Shown piece after piece: positions 26,757 to 40,400 of a stretch of DNA of 64,000 nucleotides. A program made the position numbers and the translations under genes. The DNA comes from Carcharhinus amblyrhynchos. Its lineage: Eukaryota. Position 1 is the first letter of the stretch, and every line of letters starts with the position of its first letter. The notes beneath the pieces are model-generated. The model saw only the letters and a program-made list of their open reading frames with translations. It had not been told where the DNA came from and ran no database searches. Where the stretch lies: positions 32,178,001 through 32,242,000 of the forward strand of contig OZ336880.1 of NCBI GenBank assembly GCA_965287045.1, read 5' to 3'.

Positions 26757-27951
26757 GACTCACTGGAGTTAGAAGGACAGAGCTGAAGAGGAAAGTGGGA
26801 CAGGAAGGAGTCTGATCAACCCAAAAAAAAATGTACAAGAAATGGAAATGGCCAGGAAATGGAGGAGCTCATTTCTTTAAAAGGAGATTAATTGATTCTT
26901 TGGAAGAGAAACTAATGGATGTCATAGTGAACATGGCATGTTCAAGATGGAGCAGAAGGACACAAATTGCACACCCAGGAAAGACTCATGTAGCAGCAGG
27001 TGGGTTTTGAAGTGGAATATGCAACTGAGCCAGTTACAAGGACAAGCTGTCAGCCCATTTTCTGAGATGGTGTGGGTACTAAAATATTATGCTTGTCAGA
27101 GGCTTAAAATGGTAGTTTTAGAGTTGAAGCTGTGAAAAGCTATCAGGTTCTGTAAAATACACTGAACCTGTCAATTTATGGGCTGGCAATTTAAAAGAGG
27201 TTTCCAGTTTAACTAATCCTAAATAATATAGCAGTAAACAAATTTTGGTAGTCCAAAAACAATTGGACTAATTCATGCACAAGGCCGGGTGTTCACATGA
27301 TCTGAGCTTTCATTTCATCTTCTCTTCTCATTTTAAAAATGCCAACGAGGAAACACATGCAAAATGGCTGTTATTTTCTTTCCCTTTTGTCTACATAAAA
27401 TAATCCCAATAATCCAACTTGGTTTACAATCAAAATTGTTTCCAGCATTGCACTGAGAAATTATTCTACTTTATTTAAAGTATACCTGACATTGAATTCA
27501 CACTAACCCGAATGATAAAAAGAAAAGCCTGCTATGAGATCACAGATTCCTGTTAGACAGACTGATGGTATAGGATATGTTCTACACATTAGGCATGAAT
27601 GAAGGTAGCTCGCTCTTCCACATCTTATTTTTGCAAACCACTATAATGGAGCTGATGCCACAGTGGATCCATCAATCACAAATATCACCTGATAAATTTG
27701 GATTAGAGATTAGACTTGGGCTAGAATCAGGTTCACTCAAGTCTGATGCTACACAAAATTAATTCCAGCTTCAATATCGTGCCATAGCTTTAAAATTAGT
27801 TATTCTTTCTGAATAAAAATGTTGTGTTACTGAGTAAAATCTAAATACATCTGGTTCTGTGCTAGAAAATGCAATAATTTTTCTACTTGACTTTGTGTGC
27901 AGTTTAATATTAACCAGCATATGCATTATGTACGCCAATTAGGTTTTGTAC

Positions 27952-28117
27952 CTTGTCCATCCATAGTCTCTGCAGGAGGGCTTCTGGAATTCTGCTCTTC
28001 AGAATACAGCCTGCAAACTGTGGCAGACGGATGTCTCTCAGATACTTGTAACATATCCTGACCTGTTTGCTCACGCACAAGCATTATGTATTTAGCCGCT
28101 ATTGTTTCAAGTTGAAT
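27952..28117 (-). CDS. NAB1: NAB1 coding exon 5, 166 nt
   Basis: tttatttcag|ATT CAA..., encodes IQLETIAAKYIMLVREQTGQDMLQVSERHPSATVCRLYSEEQNSRSPPAETMDGQ, donor CAAG|gtacaa, phase 0 to 1. Resembles the human ...SEEHS...SDGQG segment as recalled. Confidence 0.9.
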
Positions 28118-30029
28118 CTGAAATAAACAAAGTGCCAAGATATTTTAATATATCCCCTTTTAATTTCTGAGCAGCACTGCTTTAAAAATTAAAAACATCC
28201 ACATCACTGAAGGACCATCTTAATTGACTCTCACAATTTAATCAAAATGCTATTTGAAACCTATTTCCATCCCTCAAGTGCAGAAATGTCTAGTGCCCAA
28301 AATATGTAATGTTAAACATTTTAAAATGAAATAATCCACAACAACAGATTTATTATCTTTTAGACTGTTAATAGTTGCTCCTTCTAATTTTACATTCAGT
28401 TAAACGTATTTTTTAAAAACTTCCTTGCATTTTCTTCTTACGGCCTATAGATCTGGCAGACCTCAGGTCGACGCAAGACTCCTTATTTGTATTTGTAAAT
28501 CGAAGACCTGATCCAAGCAAGGCCACCAAATGCTGATTTTTTTCAACTCATTAAAATGCAAGAGGCATACTGCAACCTCAATGTTTTCCAGGAGACCAAT
28601 GAATTTTTGGGGTGCAAACTACCCCTCCATACATCTGCTTGCTGAATCATCCACCAAAATCCTGCCCAATTTAGTACTGGCTTTAAGTTTTAATTTAGGA
28701 AATAGCAAAAATATCTCAAATTAAACTGGGTTACTAATAAAAATTTGCGACAGATGCTGGAAATATAAAATAAAGGCAGAATATGTTAAACTACATCAGG
28801 CAGTGTGGAGACAGAAACAGAGTTCATGGCCTGGATTTGATCCCAACACCGTCAGCTTTTAAAAATGGTGAGGAGGACCTGGATCTAGATCTCCTGTCCC
28901 CATTTACAATAAATCACATTTTCAGGTATGGCAAAGGGGGCTGTGTGACACACAGGAGGGAAACCAAAGCTCAGTGTTGAGTTCAAACAGACCCCATCTT
29001 CACTAAGGCAAGGGTCTTAACCTGCAGTATGGGAGCCATGAACTTCTGGAGTAGTCATAAATCCTCTTGGAAGGGTTGATAAGACCTGTGGAACTTCCAA
29101 GATAAAGCTTATTGCAGGGTTAGATGGAGCATGGGAAGTTGGAAGGCTTGATGGTTAGAGGGTCTAAAATTTAATGAAACAACTGGGAAGCAGCTTGGTG
29201 CGGCAAGGCAAGAAATTTCACTCCTACACTACCTACCTAGGGAGCAAACGTTCAAGCCAATATTTCAGATCAGTAATTTTTGGCCTCACGACGATCATTG
29301 ATCTGAAACTTTGGCTCTGTTGTTCTGCTTGACCTGTTAAGTTTCCAGTACTTTGTGGTGTTTACAGACCCATTGAATTATGCAATTAATCAAAATAATT
29401 TTCAAATTATAAATTGTGCAACTAAATTGAAGGTCTTCACAAATCATGTGCAGATAAGGATTTTTTTTAAACCACTTATCTGGCACACAGCTGCTCTTAT
29501 TAGATAGAAAATATTCATAAAATACTTTTTGCTTAATGATGCAATACAGCACAATTTTTAATTGATCTTATTGGACACAATAAATTTGAAAAGAAAATAA
29601 TTATAATATAAAGACAATATCCTTAACAGCTTTCCATTGCAGGTCAATAGATAATGAATGTTAATTCAGAATTGTCCACTGATTTCTTCCATTTACATGT
29701 ACTGCTGATTTAGCAAAACATTGAGTAATTAACACTTAAATGTTGTTGGCTCATAGAGGAGCTGAGCAATAAATATCACCAACTCTCAAATAATACAAGA
29801 AACAAATATTTCATTGGCACATCAGTCTTTTCCCATGATTCTAGATAGCAATTTTGTACATAACTCTGATATAATCCATGTAATGATTATTCAGGTTCAA
29901 CCACTGAAAGATCAAACTCAGGTGTTTGGGGCACCAGATTAAAAAAACCACATCATACAAGATGGGACATTCCTACCTGCTTTTGCATGCCTTTTTACAA
30001 TCAATCAGCACCTACACTGTCAGAATCCT

Positions 30030-31930
30030 AGAATAGCACAGACATTTAACACCATTCGGCACGTTTGTTGAGGTTCTTTTGAAAGAGCTTAGACCTATCG
30101 CTGCCTCTGTTCATATGAAGTGGAAAGGTTTTGACCATTAAGTATTTATCTAAATCCCTTTTGAAAGTTACTACTGAAGCTGCTTCCACCTCTCCAAGCA
30201 GTGGATCACAAAAATTCACCATTTCTTCTCATCACCTCTGGTTCTTTTGCCAATTATCTTAAATCCATCCACTAGTACCAGTCCTCCTGCCACAGGAAAC
30301 TGTCTCTCTACATCCAAGTACTTCCCTTTAAAAACTTTTCCCGACCCTACTCTGCTGTAAAGTAGACAACCAGAATCTCTTTAGTCTTTCTATGTAACTA
30401 AAACCTTTTATCCTTGAACTTTTCAGTAAATCTCCTCTGCACCCTTTTTAAGTCCTTACATCCTTCCCTGTGTGGGACTTAAATTTTGACAACACTGCAA
30501 CTGGGGTCCTGTCCATGCTTTCTAAATGATTAGCATAACTTCCTTGCTCGGGCTAAGGCCAAATTGTCATCTCCTGTGCTATAATGACTATTGTTCTATT
30601 GTTTTCTTATGCTTCCAATTATTCCATGCCTTCATAAAACAAGTCTTCTCCTTTTCAAGATCCTTTTAAGAAAGGGCATAAGGAAGCTTCTAATAACAGC
30701 AGGCTAATCAGTTTGTAAGGTTTTAGAAACAATAATCAGGGAAAATGCACTTGATAAGTTTCAGTTAAATAAGGAGAGCCAGATTTGTGGCAAACACACA
30801 ATGCTTGACTAATAAAAGATTTTTTTTTTGCTGGATAAAGGGAATGCAGTGATTATTATCTACATTGATTTTAAGAAAGCTGAATTTCACAAGTACTACC
30901 TGAAAGGCTGTTTAACAAAATTCAGGCTCATGGAATAGGAGAGTCAGTGTCAGTTTGGATAAAACACTGGCTAAGGACACAAAACAGTGAGTCATGGTAA
31001 ATAGTTGTTTTTCAGACTGAAGGATGATAGACAGTCATGTCCCTCAAGGGTCAGTGCTCAGATCACTGCTTGCTTGTTATAAATAAAAATTAGAACACGA
31101 GTAAAACTTCAAAATTTGCTGATAATTCCAAACTTGGGAGATGTAGCATGATATGAACAGGGCATAAATATGCTAACAGAATGGGTAGAAAGAGGCAGAT
31201 GGAATTTAATAGTGAAGTGAGAGGTGGTGCATTTTGACTGAAAGGATAGAAAATGACAATATACTTGGCACAGTTCTAAAGCATGCACAAGACAGAGGCA
31301 TTTCTGTGGTTCACGTGCATGGACTTTTGAAGATGGTCGGACATATCGAGAGCAGTTTGCAAAGCTTATGGGATTTTGGATTTCATACAAGATATAGAGA
31401 AGAAAAGTAAAGCATTATGCTAAACCTTTATAACGCTCTGGTTAGGCCACAACTAGCAAATTGCACCAAGTTCTGTCATCAAACTTCAAAAAGGATGGGT
31501 CATTGGGAAGGAGATGAGATTTAAGGAAACGATTCCAGGAATAAAGAAATTTAGCAACAAGATTAGGTTGGAGAAGCTGGGAATTTTCTTCTTCAAGCAA
31601 AAGGAGGCGATACTATATAGAGATGTACAAGATCCCAACTTTTGATGAGGTACACAAAGGAAAAAGTTGTCCCCAATGGATGATGATACAAGGGCAGGGA
31701 AGATGTGAAGGAGAATTTATTTAAGCTGTCTGTAGTAATAACCGGGGACTCGCTGCGAACTTAGTTCAAAAAAATGATTTGAAAGAAACTTGAATAGGTA
31801 CTTGACAAAAGCAAGCTTGCATGGTTGTAGGAAGAGTGGGACAATGGGATTGACTGAACAGCTCTACAGAGAGACGGCATGGACTCAATGGGCCGATAGC
31901 CTCCACGTGTGCTCTATTGACTATGACCTT
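30030..31930. mobile_element. Old CR1 fragments (minus about 30030-30550, plus about 30670-31930)
   Basis: Degenerate motifs YIDFKKA, VPQGSVL, KFAD, LVRP.L on plus; aaatctcctctgcacc on minus. Confidence 0.7.
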
Positions 31931-32287
31931 ATCCACCAATTGCCACGCTACTTTCAAGAACTTGTGAACTTATGGTGTGAACTCCCTATTTTTGGGCCAC
32001 CTTTAAAATGGTACCATTTGCTCACTCTTACTCCTAACAAACTGAATCACTTTTTAAAAATTCTTTGATGGGATGTGGACACCGGCGGTTAGGCCACACT
32101 TTAGAATCTGCCTTTAAAGAATATATTGTCCAACTTTAGTCACCTCACATTTCTCTATTAGGATTCTTTCATATGTCTGCCCATTCTGTTAGCTTATCAT
32201 TTCGCCATACATCAATTTTGGTATCACTGGCATCCCTAATCGCCCTTAAGAAGGTAGTGGTGGGCTGTTCTTTGAACTGCTGCAGTC

Positions 32288-32780
32288 TAGAATAGAATAG
32301 AACTTTATTGTCCACATAAAAGTGGAAATTTGTCTTTGGCTTCATCTCCAGTATAACAATCATAGTAATTAGTTTAAAAAGTGAACATTTATAGCTACAT
32401 TCATACATATATAACATACATCCATACCATACAAACACAACACATTGCACTCTACTTAATGCTGTTAAATAAAACCAGTAGGTTGAGTTTACATGCTAGT
32501 TAGCAAGCTTTTAGCATGGGAACAGAAGACCTCTTAAACAGATTATTCCTGGAAATAGCCTTCTAAAGCGCTGATCCAAAGGCAGCCTTTCAAGTTGTAG
32601 ACAAAAAGAGCGAGTAATCACCACTGATGTCCTAAGCTTTCCTCTTTCCTGCTTTGTTAAATAGGTCAACGAACTGTGCCTGCTGTCTACTAATGCTTTT
32701 ACTTGCAGTGTTGACAATTCTAGCCAGCTTACTTTTGCATATCTGGTGTAGGTACACCACAAAGCTGTTATGGTAGCTAC
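32288..32780 (-). mobile_element. LINE 3' fragment, probably Rex1/Babar type, nested in an L2-like copy
   Basis: KLARIVNTASK.I and LP..QRFR motifs; tail gacaataaagttctattctattct. Confidence 0.55.
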
Positions 32781-32784
32781 AAAA

Positions 32785-33430
32785 CTTGTAGATGGTATGC
32801 ACTGCTACTACTGGGAGCTGGTAGTGGAGGAAGTGAGTGTTCATAAAAGGGGTGTCAACCAAATGGGTTCCATTGTCCTGAATGGTGTCAAGTTTTTTGA
32901 GCATTGTAGGAGCTGCACTCCTTCAGGCAAGAAGTATATTCCCTCATACTCTTGATTTGTGCCTTATGGATGGTGGAAGGCTCGAGAGACAGGTGGTCAG
33001 TTACTTGTTTCAGAAATTCCAGCTTCTGACTTGCTTTGTAGCCACATTTGTATGGCTGGTCCAGTTCAGTTTTTGATCAATGATACCCCTTCAGGGCTGT
33101 TGGAAGATTCAATGGTAAACCCACTGAGTATCAAGGCGGGGGGGTGGTTAGATTCTGTATTGTCAGAGATGGTCATTGCCTGGCACATGTGACATTAATG
33201 TTACTTGCCTAAACTTGAGTATTGTCCATGGCTGCATGCAGACATGAACTGCTTAAGTAACTAAGTCATCTCAAAAGACTTCCGACTTTATGATGGAGGG
33301 TAGGTCATTGATGAAACAGCTCTTAAGTTAGTTGGGCCCAGGACACTGCCCTGAGGAATTCCTGCAGCAGTATCCTGGGATTGACTTGATTGTCCAACAA
33401 CGATCTTCAATTGCACTAGGTATGACTTCA
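32785..33430 (-). mobile_element. L2/CR1-group LINE fragment
   Basis: LKKLDTIQD motif, similar to 14540-15752. The tail piece lies at about 32060-32287. Confidence 0.75.
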
Positions 33431-33845
33431 ACTGTCCACCTCAGAGTTTCATGTTGCCTGCAAACACTAGAATTATGCCCACGTTCCAATCATTTACATA
33501 AAAAAAAGCAGTGGTTTCAACAATTCCTGAGGAACACCACTGCATATTTCTCTCCGGTCTGAAAAACCTTCCCCAGTACATTCAGTTTTCTATTTCTTGG
33601 CTTGTTACATATCCACCCAACTATGCTCCCTTTAATGTCATTGTCTATTAATTCATACTTCAGCAAAAGCCTTTTGATAGTCCACAGACATCAACTGCAA
33701 TACCTTAAAATCAATACTGCCCATTAGTTCTAAGAACTCATTAAAGTAAATAGTGTTGGATAAACATGTGCATGTGCACACGTGCGCGTGCGTGCTTTCA
33801 GTTATTAGTCCATATTTTTCCAAGCGGCAATTAAGGAGGGGCTGA

Positions 33846-36000
33846 GGTAAACGTTGGTCCTTTAGAGGATAAAAATGAAGAAATGGTCAAAGCACTGAAT
33901 AGATATTTTCTGTCAGTCTTCACAGTGGAAGACACAAATAACATGTCAAAAATTGATGACAAGGCAGCTATGATAGCGAGGACCTAGAAGGAAGCAGTGT
34001 TAGGCAAGCCAATGGAGCTAAAGGTAGGCAAGTCTCCTGGCCCTGGGTACTAAAAGAGATGGTGGGGGAAAATAGCAAATGCACTAGTGGTAATTTACCA
34101 AAATTTGCTAGACTCTGGGGCATTTCCAGTAGATTGGAAAGCAGCAAATGTGACAACACTGTTTAAAAAAAGGGAGATAGATAAAAGGCGGAAAACGACA
34201 GGCCAGTCAGTTTAGCTTCTGTAGTGGGGAAAATGCTTTAATCCATCATCAAGGAAGATATAGCGAGACCTTGGAGAGTAATTGTCTCACTGAGAAGATG
34301 CAGCGTGGGTTCATGAAAGGCAGGTCATGTTTAACTAATTTATTGGAATTCTTTGAGGACATTACAAGCACAGTGGATAATGGGGAACCAGTGGACATTG
34401 TGTTATCTGGATTTCCAGAAGGCATTTGACATGGTGCCGCACCAAAGACTGCGGCATAAGATAAAGATGCATGGTGTTATGGATAATGTATTAGCATGGA
34501 TAGAGAATCAATTAAGTAACAGAAAGTAAAGAGTGGGGGTAAATGACGTTTTTCTGGTTGGCGATCAGTGACTAATGGTGTGCCTCAGGAATCAGTGTTG
34601 GGACACACTTGTTTACAATTTACATAGGTGATTGTATTGTGTCTAAGTTTGCAGATGACACTAAGATGAGTGGTGGAGCAAAGTCTGCAGAGGACACAAA
34701 GTCTGCAAAGGGATATAGATAGTTCGAGTGAGTAAAGGTCTAGCAGATGGAGTAATGTTAATAAATGTGAGGTCATCCATTTCAGTAGGAACAACAGCAA
34801 AATGAACTATTATTTAAATGGTAAAAAAAATTGCAGCATTCTGCTGTGCAGAGGGACCTGGAGGTCTTTGTGCATGAATTGCAAAAAGTTGTTTGTAGGT
34901 GCAGCAGGTAATTAAAATTAAAGCGGCAAATGGAATTTTGTCCTTCATTGCGAGAGGGATGGGGTTTAAAAACAGGGATGTTATGATGCAGTTATGTAAG
35001 GTGCTTGTGAAGTCACATTTGGAGTAGCGTGATTTGATCTCCTTATTTGAGAAAGGATATACCGGCACTGGAGGGGTTGCAGGAGATTCACGGTTAATTC
35101 CAGAGTTAAGAGGGTTGCTTATAAGGAGACACTGACTAGAATGGACTATACGCATTGGAATTTAGAAGGGGTGGGAATCTTGTAGAAATATAAAATTATG
35201 AAATGAATAGATAAGATAGAAGCAGGGAAGCTCTTTCCACTGGCAGGTGAAACTAGTCATGATGTGGAGATGCCAGCGTTGGACTGGGGTAAACATAGTA
35301 AGAAGTCTGACAACACCAGGTTTAAGTCCAACTGATATATTTGATAGTAAACTCGCAAGCTTCCGGGGTTTGCCCTTCGTCAGGTGAATGGAGAGTTCTG
35401 GCCTCAGACAGAGCATATAACAGCACAAACAGTTTACAGATTACTGATTAGAATGCAAGTCTTTACACCTAACCTGCTATACAAGTCTTAAAGAGGCCAA
35501 CAAAGTGAGTGGAAGGAGCATTAAGCATTAAGAAGGAAGCAGTGTTAGGCAAGCCAATGAAGCTAAAGGTAGGCAAGTCTCCTGGCCCAGGTTAAAGAGA
35601 TGTGTGTTGTCTCCAGACAGTACAGTAAGTGAGGTTGAGCAAACCCAGGCAAGTCATGGGGGTTACAGATAGTGCGACATGAACCCAAGATTGGTTGGAC
35701 TTAAACCTGGTGTTGTCAGGTGAAACTAGAACATAGCCTCAAGATAAGGGGGAGCAGATTTATGACTGTTGTGAATCCGTGGAACTCCCTGCCCAGTGAA
35801 GCAGTTGAAGCTACCCTTTTGAATGTTTTTAAGGCAAAGGTAGATAGCTTTTTGAACAGTAAAGGAATTAACGGTTATGGTGAACAGGTGGGTAAGTGGA
35901 ACTGAGTCCACAAAAAGATCAGCCATGATCTTACTGAATGGTGGAGAAGGGTCGCTGGGGCCAGACTGCCTATTTCTGCTCCTAGTTATGTGCTTATGTA
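33846..36000 (+). mobile_element. CR1 LINE (RT to 3' tail), degraded, with nested insertion
   Basis: [59 protein letters not shown]; ttatgtgcttatgt tail. Confidence 0.9.
35257..35716 (-). mobile_element. Penelope-like non-autonomous fragment with 13-bp TSD
   Basis: caggtgaaactag at 35244-35256 and 35717-35729; perfect 26-bp inverted repeat at 35307-35332 and 35694-35719; minus-strand CTGACGA-stem-GGAA hammerhead-like core. Confidence 0.7.
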
Positions 36001-36855
36001 ATTTTGAGCATTTATAAAATACTTTTGGATTTGCTTTTGGAGTTACCAACAAATCTATTCTCACATACTCACGTTGCCCCTTAATTTCCCTTTTCAGTTC
36101 TCTCTTGTACTCTCTGCATTCAGCTTGGTTCTTTGCTGAATTATGAATCCATCATAAACACCCTTTTCCCATGAGCAGGTTCAGAGAGCCAAAGGTCCAC
36201 TGACTTCCGTGGGACTGGATGATCCATCGATGGATGGGCCCATAAAATCTCAACTCATTATTCTTCAAATCCCTGTCCATCACAACCTGTTATCTTGATT
36301 GTTACTAAGGGCTGTGTAATCCCTGTATACTTGGGAAATTACTTTCTTCTTTGACAAGACATGAAAGTTTCATAAAACATGGGCTGGTGATACAGCCCCA
36401 CTAAAAGGGCCATTTACAGAACAGTTGCATAGTGAAAGAAAGGGCATGTAAATGTAGATCTTATGCAGTCGAATTACAATAGGCTACTGGACAAGGCAGT
36501 TAGCTCAAAAAAGTAATCAGAAAGTCCAGAAAGTTGAAACTGTTCCAGGGATATGTAACTTTTTTTTTAAAAGTTGCAACACTTTTGCGTGACAATGGAA
36601 GTAGCAGTTTGCAATGCATCAAATATTAGGCATGTCATCACCCTCTGCAACCTAAAGATATGACTCATGTGGATCATTAGAAGAGTATGACATTTTAAAT
36701 ATCAGCCCAGCAGATTTTCACTTATTAAATGCAACATGAGCCAATTGCTCTGTTGGTAAACTAAGTGGAGTGGTCAGGTGTCTTCAAGTATAAGTGCCAA
36801 AATGTGAACAGCAGAGCGTTTAGTACAGAAACGTCTTTATAAAGTACAGTTGCAG

Positions 36856-37407
36856 AAGATCCTTGTCAGACCCCACTTGGAGTACTGTGCGCAGTTCTGG
36901 TCGCCTCACTGCAGGAAGGATGTGGAAGCTATTGAGAGGGTGCAGAAGAGATTTACAAGGATGTTGCCTGGATTGGGAGGCATGCCTTATGAAGATAGGT
37001 TGAGGGAGCTAGGTCTCTTCTCCCTGGAGAGACGAAGGTTGAGAGGCGACCTGATAGAGGTTTATAAAATGTTGAGAGGAATAGATAGGGTGGATTCTCG
37101 GAGGCTATTTCCCATGGCTGAAATGGTCGCTACGAGAGGACACAGGTTTAAGGTGCTGGGAAGCAAGTATAGAGGAGATGTTAGGGGTAAGTTTTTCACT
37201 CAGAGGGTGGTGAGTGAGTGGAATCGGCTGCCGTCGGTGGTGGTAGAGGCGAACTCGCTGGGGTCTTTTAAGAGACTTCTGGATGAGTACGTGGGATTTA
37301 ATGGGACTGGGAGTTACATATAGTTCTATGGCCTGGTAGGTATGGATATGATCGGCGCAACTTGTGAGCCAAAGGGCCTGTTTGTGCTGAAGTGTTCTAT
37401 GTTCTAC
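36856..37407 (+). mobile_element. Young CR1 3' fragment
   Basis: Uninterrupted 157-aa ORF LVRPHLEYCAQFWSP...FFTQRVVSEWNRLP; tgttctatgttcta tail. Confidence 0.95.
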
Positions 37408-40400
37408 ATTTAACTTTCAAAACAATTTGATAGGTTCCACAGATAAATCAAGGAATTTGACTGGGGATGGACAAAACCTCGCATCTTCTGCCAGTCCAGA
37501 AACTGTATTCCATGGACAATCTGTAGTTCACATTTGCGTTAACCGATTATCCAGTGACCATTCTAAATACTGTGGCAAGGGCCAAATATTATGCAAACTT
37601 GTACTGTAGTTAGATAACAGCAAGCTATCAAGCTTGAATATGTTACTTGGGAAAATTACAAACAGAAGCCAGTTGTACCTTGAGTGTGAAAAAGACAGAT
37701 GGGACAAGGAACTCAATTGCTCACGCATCCCTATTGATGTAGCAAATATTGATCATTTCAGTCAGGGAAAAATATTAGGATTTTCTCTCTCAAGTTGGGA
37801 AATTGCCACCTCACTATACCCGCCCTCGGTTAACAATACCCCAAATGGCAGGTACAGAATGGAGTTGGGTACACTGCCAGTGGACTGAAGATTGGTGACA
37901 GCCACAGGGGCCCCACATTGTCTAGGCAGACTGTTTACATAGTCCACCTCAGTTCCGTGGACAGCTTTCTTAACCAGTAGGCCTAATTGTCCTTTCTACC
38001 CATGCCAACACTTGCCCTCAACTTCAAAGGCTCCTCATAACCTTCATGTCAACCCATGTCCTATCCATCCTTATAGCCCCTAAAAACTCCTATGCCAACA
38101 ATGCCAACACATGGCCCCATTCCAACCCCCATGGCCTATTCATTGCCCCAATCTAGAGTCAACCCGTGTCAAATCACCAGTATCCATCCAAGGCAATCTC
38201 AGGAGTCTCTCTGAGATGAAATAATATTCTAAATATCTATAAGAGTTGACCATATTTTTAAAGTGCCATTCACGAAGGACTATTTAAAACATTTGAATTC
38301 CCTCAAGTACTCAATTCCATGCTCATACTTGTATTCATAACCTCACATCAAAAACAGCTAATCCTTTTTCCATCTCTTTTAGCTTTCAAACTGTGAACAT
38401 ACAAACTCCCTCTGTGATGATAGGCTGTGGAAAGGGGAAACTCATAAATGCTGTTATCATAGCATTATTAAGGATTATATCAAATTGCTTTGCTGAGTTT
38501 GGGATTCCTATACGTTGGTGTCACATCCTACTTCCACTCTCTACTCCCAGCAACACCTCAATGAAAACAGAACGTCAGAATGGGATAGGGACATCAAGAT
38601 TTAAGTTCCACCTGTTGTTTTGAAAATCCCCAAGTTTCCATGACAAATTCCAGGTCAATGTATTTCACTAAACGGCCTTAAAAAAAGTAATTATGAATGC
38701 GGATTAGGTCATAATTACATCGTAGTACAATGGGGGATGAACAGTTTTTTTAGGATTCATTTTACATAGACAACTTAAAAAATATGTTTCCTAATCAAGT
38801 CTTAGCAGTTAAATCAATCTTAAATTGTTAGGTTTATCCAACAAATGTAAAAGCTACAGAATGCAAAAATGTGGAAGCAGTTAAAGCTTCCCTGGAGGGC
38901 AAGGCTTGCCAATCTTATCCATATTTGGAAGAGGAACCTGGGCAGGGCTTTTTAGCGATACTCATGCATGGAATGTCATACTTGATATAGCCAAGAAATA
39001 GCAATGTTTGCCCCAGGGAATGGTCACAAAAGATCATCAGCTAGGTCACCAATAAGGATTTCTTTCAGTTATCATTAAGAAAAAAATTACATGAAATTCC
39101 AGAAATTTACCAGGGGATCATTTTTCAGAATTCCACATTAAAAAGAAAAATAAATATGGAGAAAAAGAGTGCACTGACAGCATACTCTGTTGGAATTTGC
39201 TACAAATTCATTGTGTGCATAATTCGGGTTTATGCCACTGTTTCAGCATATTACTTTTTCAATCAGACCATGTAGCACCAAATCTCTTTGACTAGGTTTG
39301 TCTGCCTTTTAATAATATGGATGGAGTAGCACTGAAGGGGCTTCAACGCAGATACTTTAAACATTGTGGCAGAGTCATAGAATCATACAGCACAGAGTGG
39401 GTCAACTTCCCACATTTATACTTCTTCACCCAGCAATGACTTGAAGCAGATGCAAGCAGAGCCAGACTCAGCTTTAGAAACACAGGAGCTGACAGTCACT
39501 GCTTTATAATAAATCGGAACTAAACAAGCAGCACCAAAGAGGGGTTGTAAGCGGAAGCTAGTATCCTGGAATGGAACATGGACTGAAACTTGCATAAATT
39601 AAATCTATTTCTCAATAAGTGTGACTCCTTGAATTAGTAAGCTTATAGGGGTTGGTGCGCCACTTAATGCTCTGTCTTTTACTGAAACTGTGAAGCTTCA
39701 ATGCACAAATGCTTGAATGATTGGACACGCCTTGTTCTGGTGGTCAGAAGTGTCATATCATTCGTGTGTCTGTACATGCTTGTCAACTTGAGCCCAATGT
39801 GGAAACATCCCTTTTCTAACGCACGTACCCATTTTGCAGACAGGCTTTATATTGAAACTAAATTTGGAAGCACTATTGCATAAATTGTCCTGGCTGCCTC
39901 AATCTCTCACTTTCTCAATTTAAATAATTCACTTGTGTGTGCGCATGTGCAACAGACCTACACTTTTATTCCTTTGTGCTGGAATAAACCAATTAAGTCT
40001 GATCAAGAATTCATTTTGACTTGATACGTTTTATTCTCTGCATTTAACAAAATTCAGCATTATGCTCAGTTAGAGGGCACTACCCACGTAGATTACAAAA
40101 ATAGTGGTGTGAAGTCACATCTTATGTTATCACAAACATGCAGGCAACACTAGTGGACAGTACCTTAGAAAAATAAATGGACAGCGCAACTTGCTCAGTC
40201 ATCAGGATCATAAATTAGGCTGGATTAGGCATCAAATTTGGTATCAGCACATCAAAAAACATTGGAAAGAATATATCTTAAGATTTAGTTACTTTGTTTC
40301 AAGTCAATGAAGCTAAAGTCAGTCAGAACTCAAATCTTTTCAAAAACGCATTCATTTCTCATGGAAACAGTTTTTCCTTTGCATTTTATCACATCCAAAT

